A stretch of 64,000 nucleotides of DNA, taken from Amoeboaphelidium protococcarum X5. Lineage: Eukaryota > Fungi > Aphelidiomycota. Below the pieces are notes generated by a model. That model saw only the letters and a list, made by a program, of their open reading frames with translations, was not told the DNA's origin and did no database searches. Shown here piece by piece: positions 42,998 through 56,627 of this stretch. The DNA lies in contig JALDTO010000136.1 of the NCBI GenBank assembly GCA_023515725.1, positions 197,232 through 261,231 on the forward strand, in the 5' to 3' direction. The position numbers and the translations under genes are program-made. Numbering within the stretch: position 1 is the first letter of the stretch; each line of letters begins with the position of its first letter.

Positions 42998-44185
42998 ATG
43001 AAAGACTTTACTATTGCAGTGGCACATGTGGATCGCTAGGCGAATAATGGAAAAGATGCCGTGTACAAGTTGGAGTATAGCACCACGATGGATCAGTATA
43101 GTCGTAAATCTGGGAGTGATCTGCCGCGTAGATACTCTGACTTTGTATGGTTGCAGCGTGAGTTGTAGGAGAATTTCCCAGAGTGTTTTGTCCCGCCTGT
43201 GCCTCAAATGAAGTATGCCACCGCATCATCATCTAGCTCCGGTAGTAGTAGTAGCGGTAATGGTTATACTCAGCTCTCTCAGACTGCCGTGGATGAAAAG
43301 ACGCGTCAGATGATGGAAGAATTTTTGAATTTGATTGCAGCTCATCCTAATCTCAAGACATTTCAAGGTTTGTAGCAATTGCTGGAGAGTGGAGCTAATT
43401 TTACGCCATATTCTGCCAGTAAATCTGGTGGCTCATCCTCTCTGTTCTCACGTGTTGCCAAGTCTGTCAAGTCTTAGAAAGATCACGATCCATGGTTTGA
43501 ATAGCACAAGCATGATCTGGAGGTTTACCAATCCCTGTTGGAGAAGTGCACCAAGTCATTGGAGAAGGTGGCCAAGTATTAGCGTTCCCTCGCCGCCAGT
43601 TACCAAGATGTCGCGTTGTTGGTTTCTGAGTTGGGATCCCAGGAACCGAATATCCACTTGGCTGGTGGACTTCGCAAGCTGTCTGCATCATTTGAAAAGA
43701 CTTCCACTACTATGCATCTCGTTGCGGATACCCAGATTCTGAACATGGGTGAGTACATGGTGGGAGCGTAGCGTTATGCCGAGTGTGGTCAGAAAGCTAT
43801 GGAGAATCGCGTCAATGCTCTGGCTGATTATGAATCTGCTGGTAAGAGCACGCTGAAGAAGAAGTAGGCCGCTGACAAGTTGAAGAGTTCTGGTCACAGT
43901 ACATCCAAGATTGAGAGTGCATTGTAGGATCTGAATGATGCCAAGACTGCCGAGTCGGAGTTGAATGCCCTGGTGAAGAAGATTACTGAGAATATTAAGG
44001 AGCGTGAGTGGGACAACTTTGAGCACGTCCAAGCTGAACAAGTGACGCAGTACATGACGAGATATGCCGTGGCTTTGAAAGAGAATGAACGTAAGTAGGC
44101 GGAAGATTGGACTTTAGTGTACAATGACATTAAAAGTATTGATCTTTAGATTACCGGACATGGCCAAGTACAGGAGGCCTCTTGA
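42998..44185 (+). CDS. PX-BAR sorting nexin (Vps5/Vps17-like retromer subunit)
   Basis: PX motif RRYSDFVWLQRELQENFPECFVPPVP, then DHDPWF and a helical BAR-like region. Confidence 0.8.
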
Positions 44186-44400
44186 AATATGAATTAGGAT
44201 TGATATGAAATGAAAGATTGATTATAGGGAAATAAATTCATTATATATATTTACCTTGAGCTTCTTCTTTTTACGCGTTGTTTAGATAGTCGCGCGGTGG
44301 ATATCAATCCAGTTTTAATGGACTCCTTGAAATCCAATTTCTTGAAACAAGCTCAATCTCCTTGATCAATCTTATTTTCTTGCATCTAAAGCTTGATATC

Positions 44401-44955
44401 TCAGTGTTTACAGCTATCTTTATATAAATGAACGCGTTTGTGGTTAGTGCTATACGTCCGGAGCAAGCATGCAGAGATCGCACAATTACCTTTCATCAAT
44501 GAATTTAATACAGTTACTTGGCGATATTAGGCCTCATTCTTCTCCAACTGACTGCACGGTGAAACGCGTGCCACACCAAAGTATACATTATCGCCCAACT
44601 TTGAGGCATCATAGTTGTACAGCATGACACCATTACACAAAGTGTAATTGTGGCCAGGAGTCTCGGATGTCTTCTTGATCATGAAAAACATGATCCCATT
44701 GTAGGACATTGAGAGACGAGCAAAAGGCACTCTGCCTCTAAACTTTTCAAACAATAGTTCTTCCATCAAGTCCTGAATGACGTCCAATGAGCACAGAGAC
44801 GCATCACCACCAAATTAGGATATCTACTGCAACAGCTGCGTCCTAAAGTATAGTGCAGAGAATCCATAAAAGCACTCGGCGTACACGAAGTCTTTTAAGC
44901 ACACTTGCAAATACTCTTTCAAATACTCTGTTTGATTATTACACAATGCTGCCAT
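44401..44955 (-). CDS. Hypothetical protein; 3' end or intron uncertain
   Basis: Open frame from ATG at 44955 through TAR=Gln; a possible intron (GTAATT...ACTAAC...AG) near 44490-44410. Confidence 0.5.
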
Positions 44956-45517
44956 GTCACTATCTTGTTTGCTGTAGAATTTTATAACGCGCAATTAAAG
45001 CTAGAAAGTTTGATGATAATTTAGGGGGAAAAGACAAGACTGTCAAAGAGAAACAACTTGTTCACATGAACGTAATCAATCGATTTTCGAGCCAATCTAA
45101 TTATTGGACGCCAAAATCAACCAATCGGATGAATGTAAAATATCTCACATTTACTGAACTCAAAATTTTTACAAGTCCTTTGGGAAATAAGTTGAAGATA
45201 TAATTAATATTTTCGATTACAAGTTTAATAGTCAATCGGGAATAAAAATATCAGGATCAGCGACGATCGGCGACGATCGACGACGCGAGGCTACAAACTG
45301 TAGCTCATCTACTGCGCCACCACAGCACATCTTCATCGCCTTGACAATCATAATCGCAACAAGATCTTTGTGAATGAAAATCAACCTTAACCTTAGGAGG
45401 TGATGATATATTGATTGGACTGAAGTTGGTTTTGAAGAAAATTTAAAAGTCGAAACAAAAGGTTAAGATTTTTACATAGAATAAAATTATTTTATTTCTC
45501 ACTTTTCACTTCTTGAC

Positions 45518-47896
45518 TCAGTTACCATATTGCTGTCTTAACGCTTTTGTTGCATTGACCATGTTGACCAAGGAAGGCATCACCTCTTGCCAGCGTCTCG
45601 TTTTCAATCCACAGTCGGGGTTAATCCAAACCCCGACTGCGTCCAAAAATCCACCATCAATGCACAGCTAAATCTTCTCCTTCATCTCCTCAGATGAAGG
45701 GACGCGTGGCGAGTGTATATCATACAATCCAGGTCCAATGGCATTAGTGTACTTGTACTCCTTGAAAGCACGCAGCAACTTCAGATCAGAGCGGGCATTC
45801 TCAATAGTGATAACATCAGCATCCAGATCCTTGATAGACTAGAAAATGTCATTGAAATCAGAGTAACAAAAGTGAGAGTGAATCTAAGTCTCATCCTTGA
45901 CTCCAGTGCTAGACAGCAAGAAAGAGTCGACAGCCCACTTCAAGTACTCACCCCAACCGCTCTTACGCAGGGTCAAACCTTCACGGATAGCAGGCTCGTC
46001 AATCTGAATGACACTGATGCCAGCCTTCTCCAGATCAACAACCTCCTTACGGAGAGCAAGAGCCAATTGGAAGGAAGTCAGCTTACGTGGCTAGTCATCA
46101 CGCACAAAAGACCACTGCAACATAGTAACAGGACCAGTCAACATACCCTTCATAATCTTGGTGGTATTCTGCTGAGCAAACACAGACTCCTTCACAGACA
46201 TGGCGGAAGGACGGCTGACATCACCATAAATAATTGGAGGCTTCACACAGCGAGAGCCATAGGATTGCACCCAACCATTCTCACTAAAGACGTAACCCTT
46301 CATCTGCATACCAAAGTACTCAACCATATCGGTACGCTCAAACTCACCGTGCACCAAAACGTCCAAACCAACTTCCTCTTGACGACGGATACACTCAATA
46401 GTCTCCTTCTACAAAAATTGCTCATAAGACTCAGCAGTAATTTCTCCCTTCTTGAAAGCCAGACGAGTCTTTCTAATCTCAGGAGTCTGAGGGAAGGAGC
46501 CAATGGTGGTGGTTGGGAACAGAGGCAGGTTCAGCAACTGTCTTTGTCTCTCGTAACGGACAGCAAAAGGGCTCTGACGACGCATCATCTAAGGACTAAC
46601 ACGACCCATCTCAGCCTGAACGTTCTAATCGTGAATCAACGAAGAAGTCTTTCTAGCCTAAACAGACTTCTCGTTGGCAGCCAGCTCAGCTTTGACACTG
46701 TCTGGGCCATTATTCAAAGCCTTGGTTAGCACAACCAGCTCGCGCAACTTCTCCACGGAGAAACTCAACCAGTCCAAAATCTACTTGTCCATCTTGGTCT
46801 CGGCCTCCAGAGAGTATGGAGTGTGCAGGAGAGAACAGCTAGGAGATACGATCAATCTCACAGGAGCCATCTCGTTCCCATTGTTGTCCACAGTCTACAG
46901 AGATGACTTGATCTTATTCAACAGCTCCAGAGTTGCACCCAAATTGTTCTTCCAGATGTTTCTACCGTCGATAACACCAGCGGACAAGGTGAAGTTCTTT
47001 GGCAAAGCTGCGAGCACAGCGTCCAACTCCTGGGGAGCACGAACCAAATCAACATGCAGACCATCAATCGGCAATGCAGTGACAATCTTCAAGTTCTCAA
47101 CCAATTCACCAAAGTAGTTTGCCACCAACAGCTTGGTTGAGCCAGCAGCCTTCTTCAAACGAGCATAAGCTCTGTCGTACAATGGCTTGTATACAGCCAG
47201 GTCCAGATCCAGAGACAAGATAGGCTCATCCAGCTGGATCCACTCAGCACCCAGCTAGTTCAACTTCTGAAGCAGCTTCTCATACTCAACCAGCAAAGAG
47301 TCCAACAAAGACAGACGATCAAACGACAGATCCTCAGAGCTAACCTTACCCAAACGCAGCAAAGTGATAGGACCAATCAAGACTGGACGCGTCTTGACAC
47401 CCAAAGCCTTGGCCTCCTCAAACTCGCGCACTGGTTTAGGATTAGCAGACAGAGCAAAAGATTGACCCTTGAAGAACTCAGGCACAATGTAGTGGTAGTT
47501 GGTATCAAACCACTTCTTCATCTCCATAGCAGGAAGATCAACCTTGATGGCAGCATCCTGCGCGCTCTACAGACCACGAGCCATAGCAAAGTACTTGGTC
47601 AGCTCAACAGTCTCAGCAGAAGCACTCTGGTCCACTTGCATAGTCTAGTAACGCTGAGGAGTGGCACCAAACAGCAGAATAGAGTCCAGCACCTGATCAT
47701 AGAAGGAGAAGTCGTTAGAAGGAACAAAGTCGACACCCAGATCCTTCTGCAGCTTCCAGTGCTTCTCGCGCAAGCTCTTGGCACCAGAGAGCAGAGCCTT
47801 CTCATCAATCTTGCTAGCCCAGTAGTTCTCAACCATCTTCTTCAATTCACGGTTCTGGCCGACACGAGGGAATCCCAAATTGCTAGAGTAGATCAT
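45518..47896 (-). CDS. MET6: Cobalamin-independent methionine synthase
   Basis: [68 protein letters not shown]. Confidence 0.96.
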
Positions 47897-48222
47897 CGTT
47901 GTTAATTTCACGTTCTTTGTTAACAGAGTTTAAATAGCTGTATTAAATTGTACACAGTTAGAGAGAGAGAGAAGAAGAAGAAGAGAAGATGATGGACGCG
48001 GAATCGATTAAAATGACGAGACGCGACATTGAGCGAAGAGGTGGCGTTTTCCGTCTTGGTCGCCCGCCTTACGAATAGACTTTTGCCCGGGTGGCGTTCC
48101 TTCCATCGAACGTGCGTGCGTGAACATTGCGATCGTTTCAAATTCGGATCAAGTAAATTCACACTATGAAACAAAACACTGAGATTCAAGCTATACATTG
48201 GAACAATTCACATTGCATATTC

Positions 48223-49221
48223 TCAGTCGTCATCAATCTCCATTTCTTCTTCCTCGTCGTCCTCTTAACTCTAAACATGAGTGTTGGCGGAATTAATTGC
48301 ATAAGGAACGGATTATTAATGATTCAAAACTTGTACTGGGAATAACGCTTATCTTTGAGCCAGAGGAAGAGATTGCAACTATTTTAGAGACAAAGGAGCT
48401 GGCAGTTGTAAAAATACATCTTGATCGGTGTACTAAATGGTTTGCACAACAGCAAAATCATGCCAATCTATAGCCATAAACTAAATCTTATTCCTCTCCT
48501 TCTACTCCTCCTCTTGCTTCTCCTTCTTAGCAGCATATCTGTTCCAAACGACGCGTTACTTGCAGCGTTTCAAGACGGAAAACACGTCTTTGCTCTGCTG
48601 TGACAGCTAATCTCGAGCAATTTATGGATACTCTTTAATCTATATATACTGTTGTACGTAAGAGTTAAATATGGCATGCAAGCTGTGACTTGGATTTAAA
48701 AAGCCAAACTACGGGTCGTTGGTATGAGATGACTACAGATCAATCAAAAACTACTCACCTTTGATAGTAAAGTACTTGGCAGTGAGGAGCATAACGTCTC
48801 TATCTAACGCAGATGTTACTTCTTATTAAGGCAGAAATATTAATTCAGGCGGTTAAGTTGGAATAACCTTCCGTTTACGTTTCTTACTGGATTTCTTGGA
48901 GCCTGATTTGCTCTACTAATGAGAATCCACAGTCTCTTACGCGCCACTATCAGATTGCGAACTCTCATGAGACTTTTCTTATATCTACTGATCTGACTTT
49001 TATGCTTAATCATTTTGTGACTGCGCGGTGCTCTCTTGACCATATTTCTATAGCATATGCTGGTAATAATCATAATACGGATCATCCGACTGGAGGAAGG
49101 AGAATTTCATATTACCAGCTTCTCTAATCTTAATCTTGGCCTCAATTTCACGACCTTTTAATGCCACATACTCTGCAGTTTTGTCCGCAATTTTTCTAAT
49201 TTCTGGTGGTGGTTTGATCAT
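48223..49221 (-). CDS. PRP21: SF3a subunit Prp21/SF3A1-like (two SURP domains, short form)
   Basis: MIKPPPEIRKIADKTAEYV...KFSFLQSDDPYYDYY, a second SURP domain (FGFL...HSL), and IDWHDF. Confidence 0.82.
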
Positions 49222-49466
49222 AGCGTTCTTATATGGATAAAGTGGTTCAACAAGAACTGCAAGGCTCTCTAGCGCGAAGGAAAATTTAAATTTAGAATGG
49301 GGTTGAGAAGCGAAGATGAGTGCGTACAATATGAAAGGCTAAATATAGAACGCATTTCGATGAATGCTTTTTATGTAAAATCATTTCATCTTTATAAGCC
49401 AATTGAGTGCACGCCATATTGCTATTTTCATAAAGTATTATTGTTAAAAAATCAGTCCATCCCATA

Positions 49467-52040
49467 ATGAACATCCAATATGTAACAAACTCGTATCATT
49501 GCAGCCGCGCGCTAATACGGTAATTAGATGGAATGGTATTGATCACTTGTGTTGTGGCAAACAATAGAAATTATGTTGCTGTTATTAATCCCCTTAGTGG
49601 CGCAATTGCTTCTGAATGGACATGGGCCACCTCAAATGGGCAAGATCATCTTAGAGACTTTGCTATCAACGCGGCGACCGGAAACATTGTCGCAGTGGGT
49701 GGCACTGCAGTCAAATCGTAAGGTATCATCTATCCTCAGTCACAAGTCTCAATTTTGAGTTCAACTGGGTCTCTGCTTGTGGTGAAGTAAATCAGTAGTG
49801 GAGGACGAGATACCGAAGTTGCGAAAGCAGTCGCTCTTCACCCTTAGAATGGATCCATATTCGTTGGCGGTTATACTACAGGACTTCTCCCTTAATCTCA
49901 ATCGCTTTTAATTAATGGAGGTAATACGTCAGATTTGTATTTGGCTAATTTAGATCCTGTTACTTTGAATATAAATTGGATCAAATAATTTGGTAGCAGC
50001 GCCAACGGTGACCTTCTATCATCAATTGTCGCTACTAACGATACCGTATTTGTCTGTGGCAGTTTGAGCCTCCCGTCTGGTTATCGCGGCTTTGTTAACG
50101 CGTTTGATTTTGATGGCAATCTGAAGTGGAATTACAGTTTATTTCCAGTAGGCTTTGGCTAGTCTTAGCAGTTGACAAAGCTCTAAATCTTTGATGAATA
50201 TTTGTATGTTTCGGGACACGCTAAAGGCCAGTTTAGTAATGTAAGTATGGCCGCGTAGAGCTTGTTTGTGATTAGATTTAATAGCTTAAACGGCTCTATT
50301 GATAACACGTGGCAATTCATATCTTAATCAACCGTAGATTAGACTAGTGCAGACTTTTAAATCGATCCTTTGACGCGCAATTTGTTACTTTATGGAAACT
50401 AACTAGGTACTGATCTACTTATGACTGTGTCTCCGGATGGCGTTATTTTAAAATAGTCGTCGCATTTTATCAATGCTGATGCGCGCGGCTTGCTCATCAA
50501 TAATAATTAGAAGAAATTAGTTTTGACTGGACAAGATGTTTCTGGATTTTATGCGATCTTGGACTTGCCGTGGTAAGAGATTGCTTCCTCCTCTATTATT
50601 CGGCCGATTGCTACATCATCATCAACATTGTTATCTACGCCATCATCGACTGTAAATCTCCCAAGCTCTACATCTATCGATGCTTCTTCACCTTCATACT
50701 CGAGTACATTGGTTTGGGTAACTGAAAGTTCCCTTGGCACTAATTATAATGCATCACAAAGTATATAATCATCTAGTCTTTCCATATTGGTAAATTCAAA
50801 GTCTTCTAATTTAGTTACCACCACCATTATAGCGTCATCAGGAACAGGGGTCTCTCCTTCAAGTGCTAGCATTACTCAGAATAATGTGATATTCACCTAT
50901 GATACTGCTGTCAAGGACAAACCAATTACTACTACTGCGGCGGCTTCTAATGGTATTGGAGGATCAGTTGTAAATGTAAATTAGAGCTCCCTATTCCTAT
51001 ATGCTTTGTATGCCGCTATCCCTGTACTATTTCTCATTCTGCTAATTGGTATAATTATGGTTAGAAGGCGGTTTAAACAGAAAAGAGCGAAGGCACATTA
51101 ATATAGCAAATAAGCAGTGTCCACCGAGTTTAGTGATGCTAATGGAGTATCTATTGAGCCTAGTAAGTATGAAGTCATTGCTCTCAATGAATCCAAATAC
51201 TCTAAAACTGGATATACTGATCTATTAGGAACAACTCTGTTTAGAACTCAAGGAGAAATTGCCATTCCCGCCTATCTTAAAATGTAGTACATCAAGGATT
51301 TTAAACGAGGGTAACTAATAGCAATTGGTGGTGGTGGAATGATATATTAGTGCCAAGTAATCAGCAATGAGCTGAAGCAACTTTCGTCTAACCATAGTGC
51401 TTTAATTGTCAAAGTGATGTAGAATCACCAAAGTCCTGAGATGATGACTGCTTTCTATCAAGAGCTGTCTCTATTATAATATTTGAAAAGCTGTCCTCAA
51501 GTGGCACAAGTAATTGCTTACACTCCAACACCTCCTTGCATTCTGATGAAGTATTACTAAGCCGGATCTTTGGCTGATCTCATATCGGGCACTTCAATCA
51601 TTTGTGATCGAGTTGACTAGTGTCCTAAAACACCAAAAGTTTGGCTAAAAATCATTGGTGATGTTGCACGCGGGCTTTAGTTTATTCATAATTTACAAGT
51701 TGCCCATTGTGATATAAAGTCGGCCAATATATTGCTGGATGTCACTGAAAACCATTCAATTCAAGTATCCGCCGTGATTACCGATTTTGGTCTATCTCGC
51801 ATAGTTGACTCGCAATCGTTGCTCGTTAAAGAGTTCAAAGTATCAAAATTGAAAGGAGGCTCGTATTCCTACGCATCTCCAGAAGTATTCATGATGCTTG
51901 GTAGCCAAAAAGGTGATAGTATTTAGAGTACAAGTTTTGGACAGTTATCTTCCATCGCGTCAGTGCTCAAGGCGTCCGACACGTTTGCGTTTGCTGTCGT
52001 CCTTAATGAGTGTCTAAATCATAGACTTGCTTGGAGGTGA
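49467..52040 (+). CDS. Single-pass receptor-like kinase 1 (beta-propeller-like ectodomain, Ser/Thr stalk, TM, C-terminally truncated non-RD TKL-type kinase); true start uncertain
   Basis: Beta-strand repeats (GSIFVGGYTTG, WIKQFGSS); TM helix at about 50990-51060 followed by RRR; IGGGG, IVKV, HCDIKSANIL, DFGLSR, YASPE; stop after HRLAWR. Confidence 0.85.
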
Positions 52041-52469
52041 TATGATGAGAGTATTTGATGCTTTATTTTGAACGTTAATATAATTTTGACGCCAATGAGT
52101 TTTTAAATCCACAGAGAATAAATATCTTTCTATTTATAGATGCGATGACCGCCTAATGCGTTACATTAGCGATAGTTTCATAGTTTCGTTTTAACATCAT
52201 TGTGAGTGACATTAGATGGATGCTATCTCATTCTTCTTCTGTAGCACCAATTTTTAAATTACTGGGGCTCTTAGATGGCGCAATCAAGTTCCTAAATTTA
52301 GACCGGTGATATGTGCAGCTGCGTAGTCGAAGAATTCTATCAGGCTATTAATAGCGCAGCAGCCCAAATTTCGCGCCTCCAAGTCTGTTGATTGTCCTCT
52401 TTATGATTTTCTTCTATTATTGCATTATAGACTGCATTTATAAGGTGTAAATCAAATATAGAATTGCTA

Positions 52470-55229
52470 ATGAGCGCCATTCAGTTATCTGATACTTCGT
52501 CTTGCTAGGCCGTTGCTTATAGAGAAATCGACTCCGTCTTTGTTTTGGCATGTGTACGCTCTCCATATGGCAATCAATTGGTATTTGTTAATGCGACTAA
52601 TCTCTCTATAATCTAGCGGGTTGACTGGGATGTGCTCTCATAATATGATTATCTTAATGATGTAGCTATCAATTAAACTACTGGTAACGCTATTGCTGTT
52701 GGTTACGGTTATTCTGGTGGCGTAGGGCATAAAGCCACTGTGTCTTTAGTGAGTAGGAATGGCTCTGTGATTTCTACCAGAAGTTTTGGCAGTATTGGTG
52801 GTGGAATTCAGATGTCAAGCGCAGTGTCAATTAATCCAGTTAGTGGCGACATATACATAGTCGGCAGCGCCTCAGGACTAATTGCGTCGGCATAGACAGT
52901 GGAAGTCAATGGCGGCAATTCTACAAGCTTGTTTCTTGCGAAATTTTCTGCAGATGCCTCAAGCATGGTCTGGGTCAAACAGTTTGGCAATTCTGCAGGT
53001 TCAGATGCAGTTTTCTCTGTCGTAGCGGCTTCTGATACGGTCTTTGTAGGTGGTGATATAAAGCAAGACATATATAATATTGGCTTTATAAATGCCTTTT
53101 ATGCCAATAATGGGGACGTTAGATGGAATTAAAGTTCATTCCATTAAAGTAGTTCGTTAGGCCAAAACATAGTGCATCTTCAGCTCGATGGTAACGATTT
53201 GTACGCTGGTGGCTATTATAAAGGGGCTCTATATAGTCTCACAGCTGCTGTGAACAGTCCCTTTATTCTCAGGTTATAAACTATTAGTGGTACAATTGAT
53301 AGCACATGGCGCTACCAAACTAATGAAACAAGTCTTCTTCAGTTATCTGCATTTAATGTCGATACTTCATTGGATAGAATTATAATTGCTGGTAAAACCT
53401 CGTCCTCGGATTTCATAAAGGTGGTGTCCATGAATGGTGCCTCGATTAACTCTTTCACCGTTTCACCTAATGGCTTTATCAAATAAATTGCGCTGGACAG
53501 TATGCAGTAGAAAATGCTGGCTGTTGGCCAAATATCTACATCTCCGCCTGAAGGATACTTTACCGCCATTAATTACGCTGACTTTATTGGTGTGCCAACT
53601 GTCACCCCTGCGACTTCCATCCCACTGGACACATCCACGTCTGTTCCCGTTACCACTACAACAACTACTACTAAAGCTACGACAACTACTAGCGTAACGA
53701 TAACAACGACAGTATCAAGTGCATCATCTAGCTCTGGGAGTAGCGTCGCGTCCACCACTCTTTCAGACACTGCTGTATAGCCTTCTGCGACTAGCTATGC
53801 TTCAAGTTAATCTCCTTCTACTTTTGAAAGCAGTTTGGCATCTGCTAGTTCTTCTGAGGTTACATCCACATCAATGATATTGCTTCAGACAACGTCGTCA
53901 TTGACTAATTCTGTATAAGTATCTTAGGTATAGAGCACTATAAATGTTCTGGAGTCAGCAAGCACATCGTCGTTTGTCAAAGTCACCACATCTCCTGCCA
54001 ACAGTAGATCGCAAGTGGCTTCAAGTACATATGCAGTCAACGCCTAGTCCAGCTCTAATTAGATTGTGTTTCTAACAAATTCAATTTAAAATTTTAAGTC
54101 TAGTTTTACATCTACAGGAACAATTATAAATGGTGTACAAGATCAGCAATAAGCCAATGGTTTTAACAGTACTATCTGGATTGCTGCGGGAGCTGGAGGT
54201 CTCTTTTTTGTAGTTATTTGCTTCGTTGTTGTTTTGTTGGCATGTAGAAGAAAGTCCAGTGGTAGAAAATAATTCATGAAATAGTTCCAAAATGTCACAA
54301 GTGCTTCGTATATAGGTCAGGATGCCACTGGATTCACGGTGCAGAATACTAATGCATCTGAAGCTACGACTGTAAGCAAAGCTCTTGCTGATAGAACTAC
54401 TCTTACATTCAATTCTACTTAAATGAATACGACATGGATGTCTGGTACTACCTGGCTGCGCACTGAAGCTGAGATTGCAATTCCGGGGTATCTGAAATTC
54501 TAGTATCTTATTGACTTCAAGCCTGGAAGACTAATTGCTGCTGGCGGAAGTGGCCTCATTTATGTGTGTTAGCTTGTGAATACAGAACTGCAACAGAGAG
54601 CAAATAATGTATCAACTATCGTCAAGGTGATGTAAGACCAGAATACTGAAGGGCAAATGTCGGCATTCTATCAGGAGCTGTCACTTCTGTGGTACTTTCG
54701 CGATAATCCATACATTGCCAAGATGATTGCTTTTGCCTCTGCTCCACCGTGCATCGTAATGAAGCATTACAAGTCTGGCTCATTAGTCGATGTGCTATCA
54801 GGCAAGTCTGATGTATGCCGCTATGTAAACGGTCGATCTGTAGCTGGATACTTGAAGATCATTAAAGATGTTTCTTTAGGCCTGCAGGCCATCCATTTAG
54901 CTCAAATTGCTCACTGTGACATGAAATCTGGCAATATATTGATTGAATTTGATAACTATTATGGAGTATCTGCGGTGATTACCGACTTTGGGCTCTCCAG
55001 GATTATTGATCCTCAGTCGATGTTGGTGAGGGAATTTGTAGTATCAAAGTTGAAGGGTGGGTCATTTGCTTACGCAGCGCCAGAAGTCTACTTGATGCTT
55101 GACTAATCGACTTTCACGGTGTCTAATTTGAGTAAGAGACCAAATGGTACTTTGGTCAAAGCATCGGACGTTTACGCGTTCTCTATCGTAATTTACGAAT
55201 GCTTACATAGAAAGTTGGCATGGAGATGA
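52470..55229 (+). CDS. Single-pass receptor-like kinase 2, tandem paralog with the same architecture; true start uncertain
   Basis: GDIYIVGSASG, WVKQFGNS, Thr/Ser stalk, TM helix at about 54175-54245 followed by RRK; HCDMKSGNIL, DFGLSR, YAAPE; stop after HRKLAWR. Confidence 0.85.
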
Positions 55230-55352
55230 ATTAACAAAACTTGATGAACATGCACAATGGGAATGAAATAAAGTTGAGTAGCAGAAATAGTTATAGAAAT
55301 AGAATAGATTCATAAATATTTTCATCTTGATATCTTGATTGATGCTTAGCAT

Positions 55353-56444
55353 TCATATTCGAATTATCTTTATACAGCTGTGTGAACGTGGCTCTATCGA
55401 TCCTCCACAAATGTCGAGTTCCTGTTCAAATATTCGCGAACCTGAGCAGGTGGCAATCATTCGCTAATCTTGAGGATTCACAGAGACACATGAGAGATTC
55501 GACTTATGTAGAGCAACAGATTATAACTATTAAGCCTCATCATTTTGAAAAGTAGATTATGTAAGAGCACCGCTCTCATCGCCATAAAGCAAAGATTCAC
55601 TCCCAGTAAACGGATCCACTTGTATGTCCATAAATAATCTCTATGTTGTGACAACATCGCGTTAAAGCTAGTGTAAAGCATCGTCCGTCCATCGCGTGTC
55701 AAATACCTTGATGTCAGTAGAGTTTCGATACGAGACATATATCTGAGGCGTAGACTTGGAGAACTTTACTTGATTAATTCCACTACTTGAACCTTTAAAA
55801 CACGTAATCAACTGTTATGATACCAAATCCAGAAGTCCCAAGTTACTCTGCGACGGCTGATTATGAAAAGTACCAATAGCACACAGATTACTCGATACAT
55901 CGATAGACGACACCAGGCCTTTAACTCCATCCTGGCACTTACGGTTCTCGGTCAATTTTATAACGCCGTCTTCAGGACCGTATTTTCCGGGTCGTTATAG
56001 ATCCAAAAGACGAATATGGTTCTCGTAACCAGCAATAATATTGTCTCCAGCAGAGTTGAATTTCACTCTCAGAGGACCGACCAGTTCATCATACTGATTA
56101 TAAGTGGAATACGAGGCGCGCAAATATCCACCAGACGCATCATACAAACGAACAGGCAGCCTGTTAGAGCACGCGATAAAGCAGCAAGTTTCGGGCACAC
56201 TATTGTCCATTAGGGGAAACCAATCATAATCATACACAGCAGATTCACCGCGTATCTCCACTACATGAGACTCATACACACGCTCTATAGATTGATCAAT
56301 TAGCCGATAGATCCTCACAATTCCATCTTCGGCATTACTCAAACGACATTACCCATCTGGCGAAAAGTCGACGCGACTAAAGAAATTTTATTGATCCAAA
56401 TCTAGTGGCGCATTTATCTCTATAATTGTATCCCACTTGAGCAT
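55353..56444 (-). CDS. WD40 protein, WRAP53/TCAB1 (Swt21)-like
   Basis: FSPDG, GESAVYDYDWFP, PVRLYDA...LRASY, and C-terminal ATCSGSR. Confidence 0.78.
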
Positions 56445-56627
56445 ACGAGATTTTAAGTTGGTTACTCTTAGGTATATTTCAACACTATAAAAACAAAAGA
56501 AAATCGGTATCACAATTGATATAAATTCAATTATATCGCAAAATATAAATTTTTTTATTTCAACTAAAAATATTCCACCTAGAGTACTAAATCGCCAACT
56601 TCCATTTAAAACCGCAAGATCAAAGAA

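Noticed and set aside
45400-45423. TGATGA...CTGA resembling snoRNA C/D boxes
   Set aside because: The boxes are too close together and there is no terminal stem.
45713-46729. 338-aa plus-strand ORF
   Set aside because: Antisense shadow of MET6.
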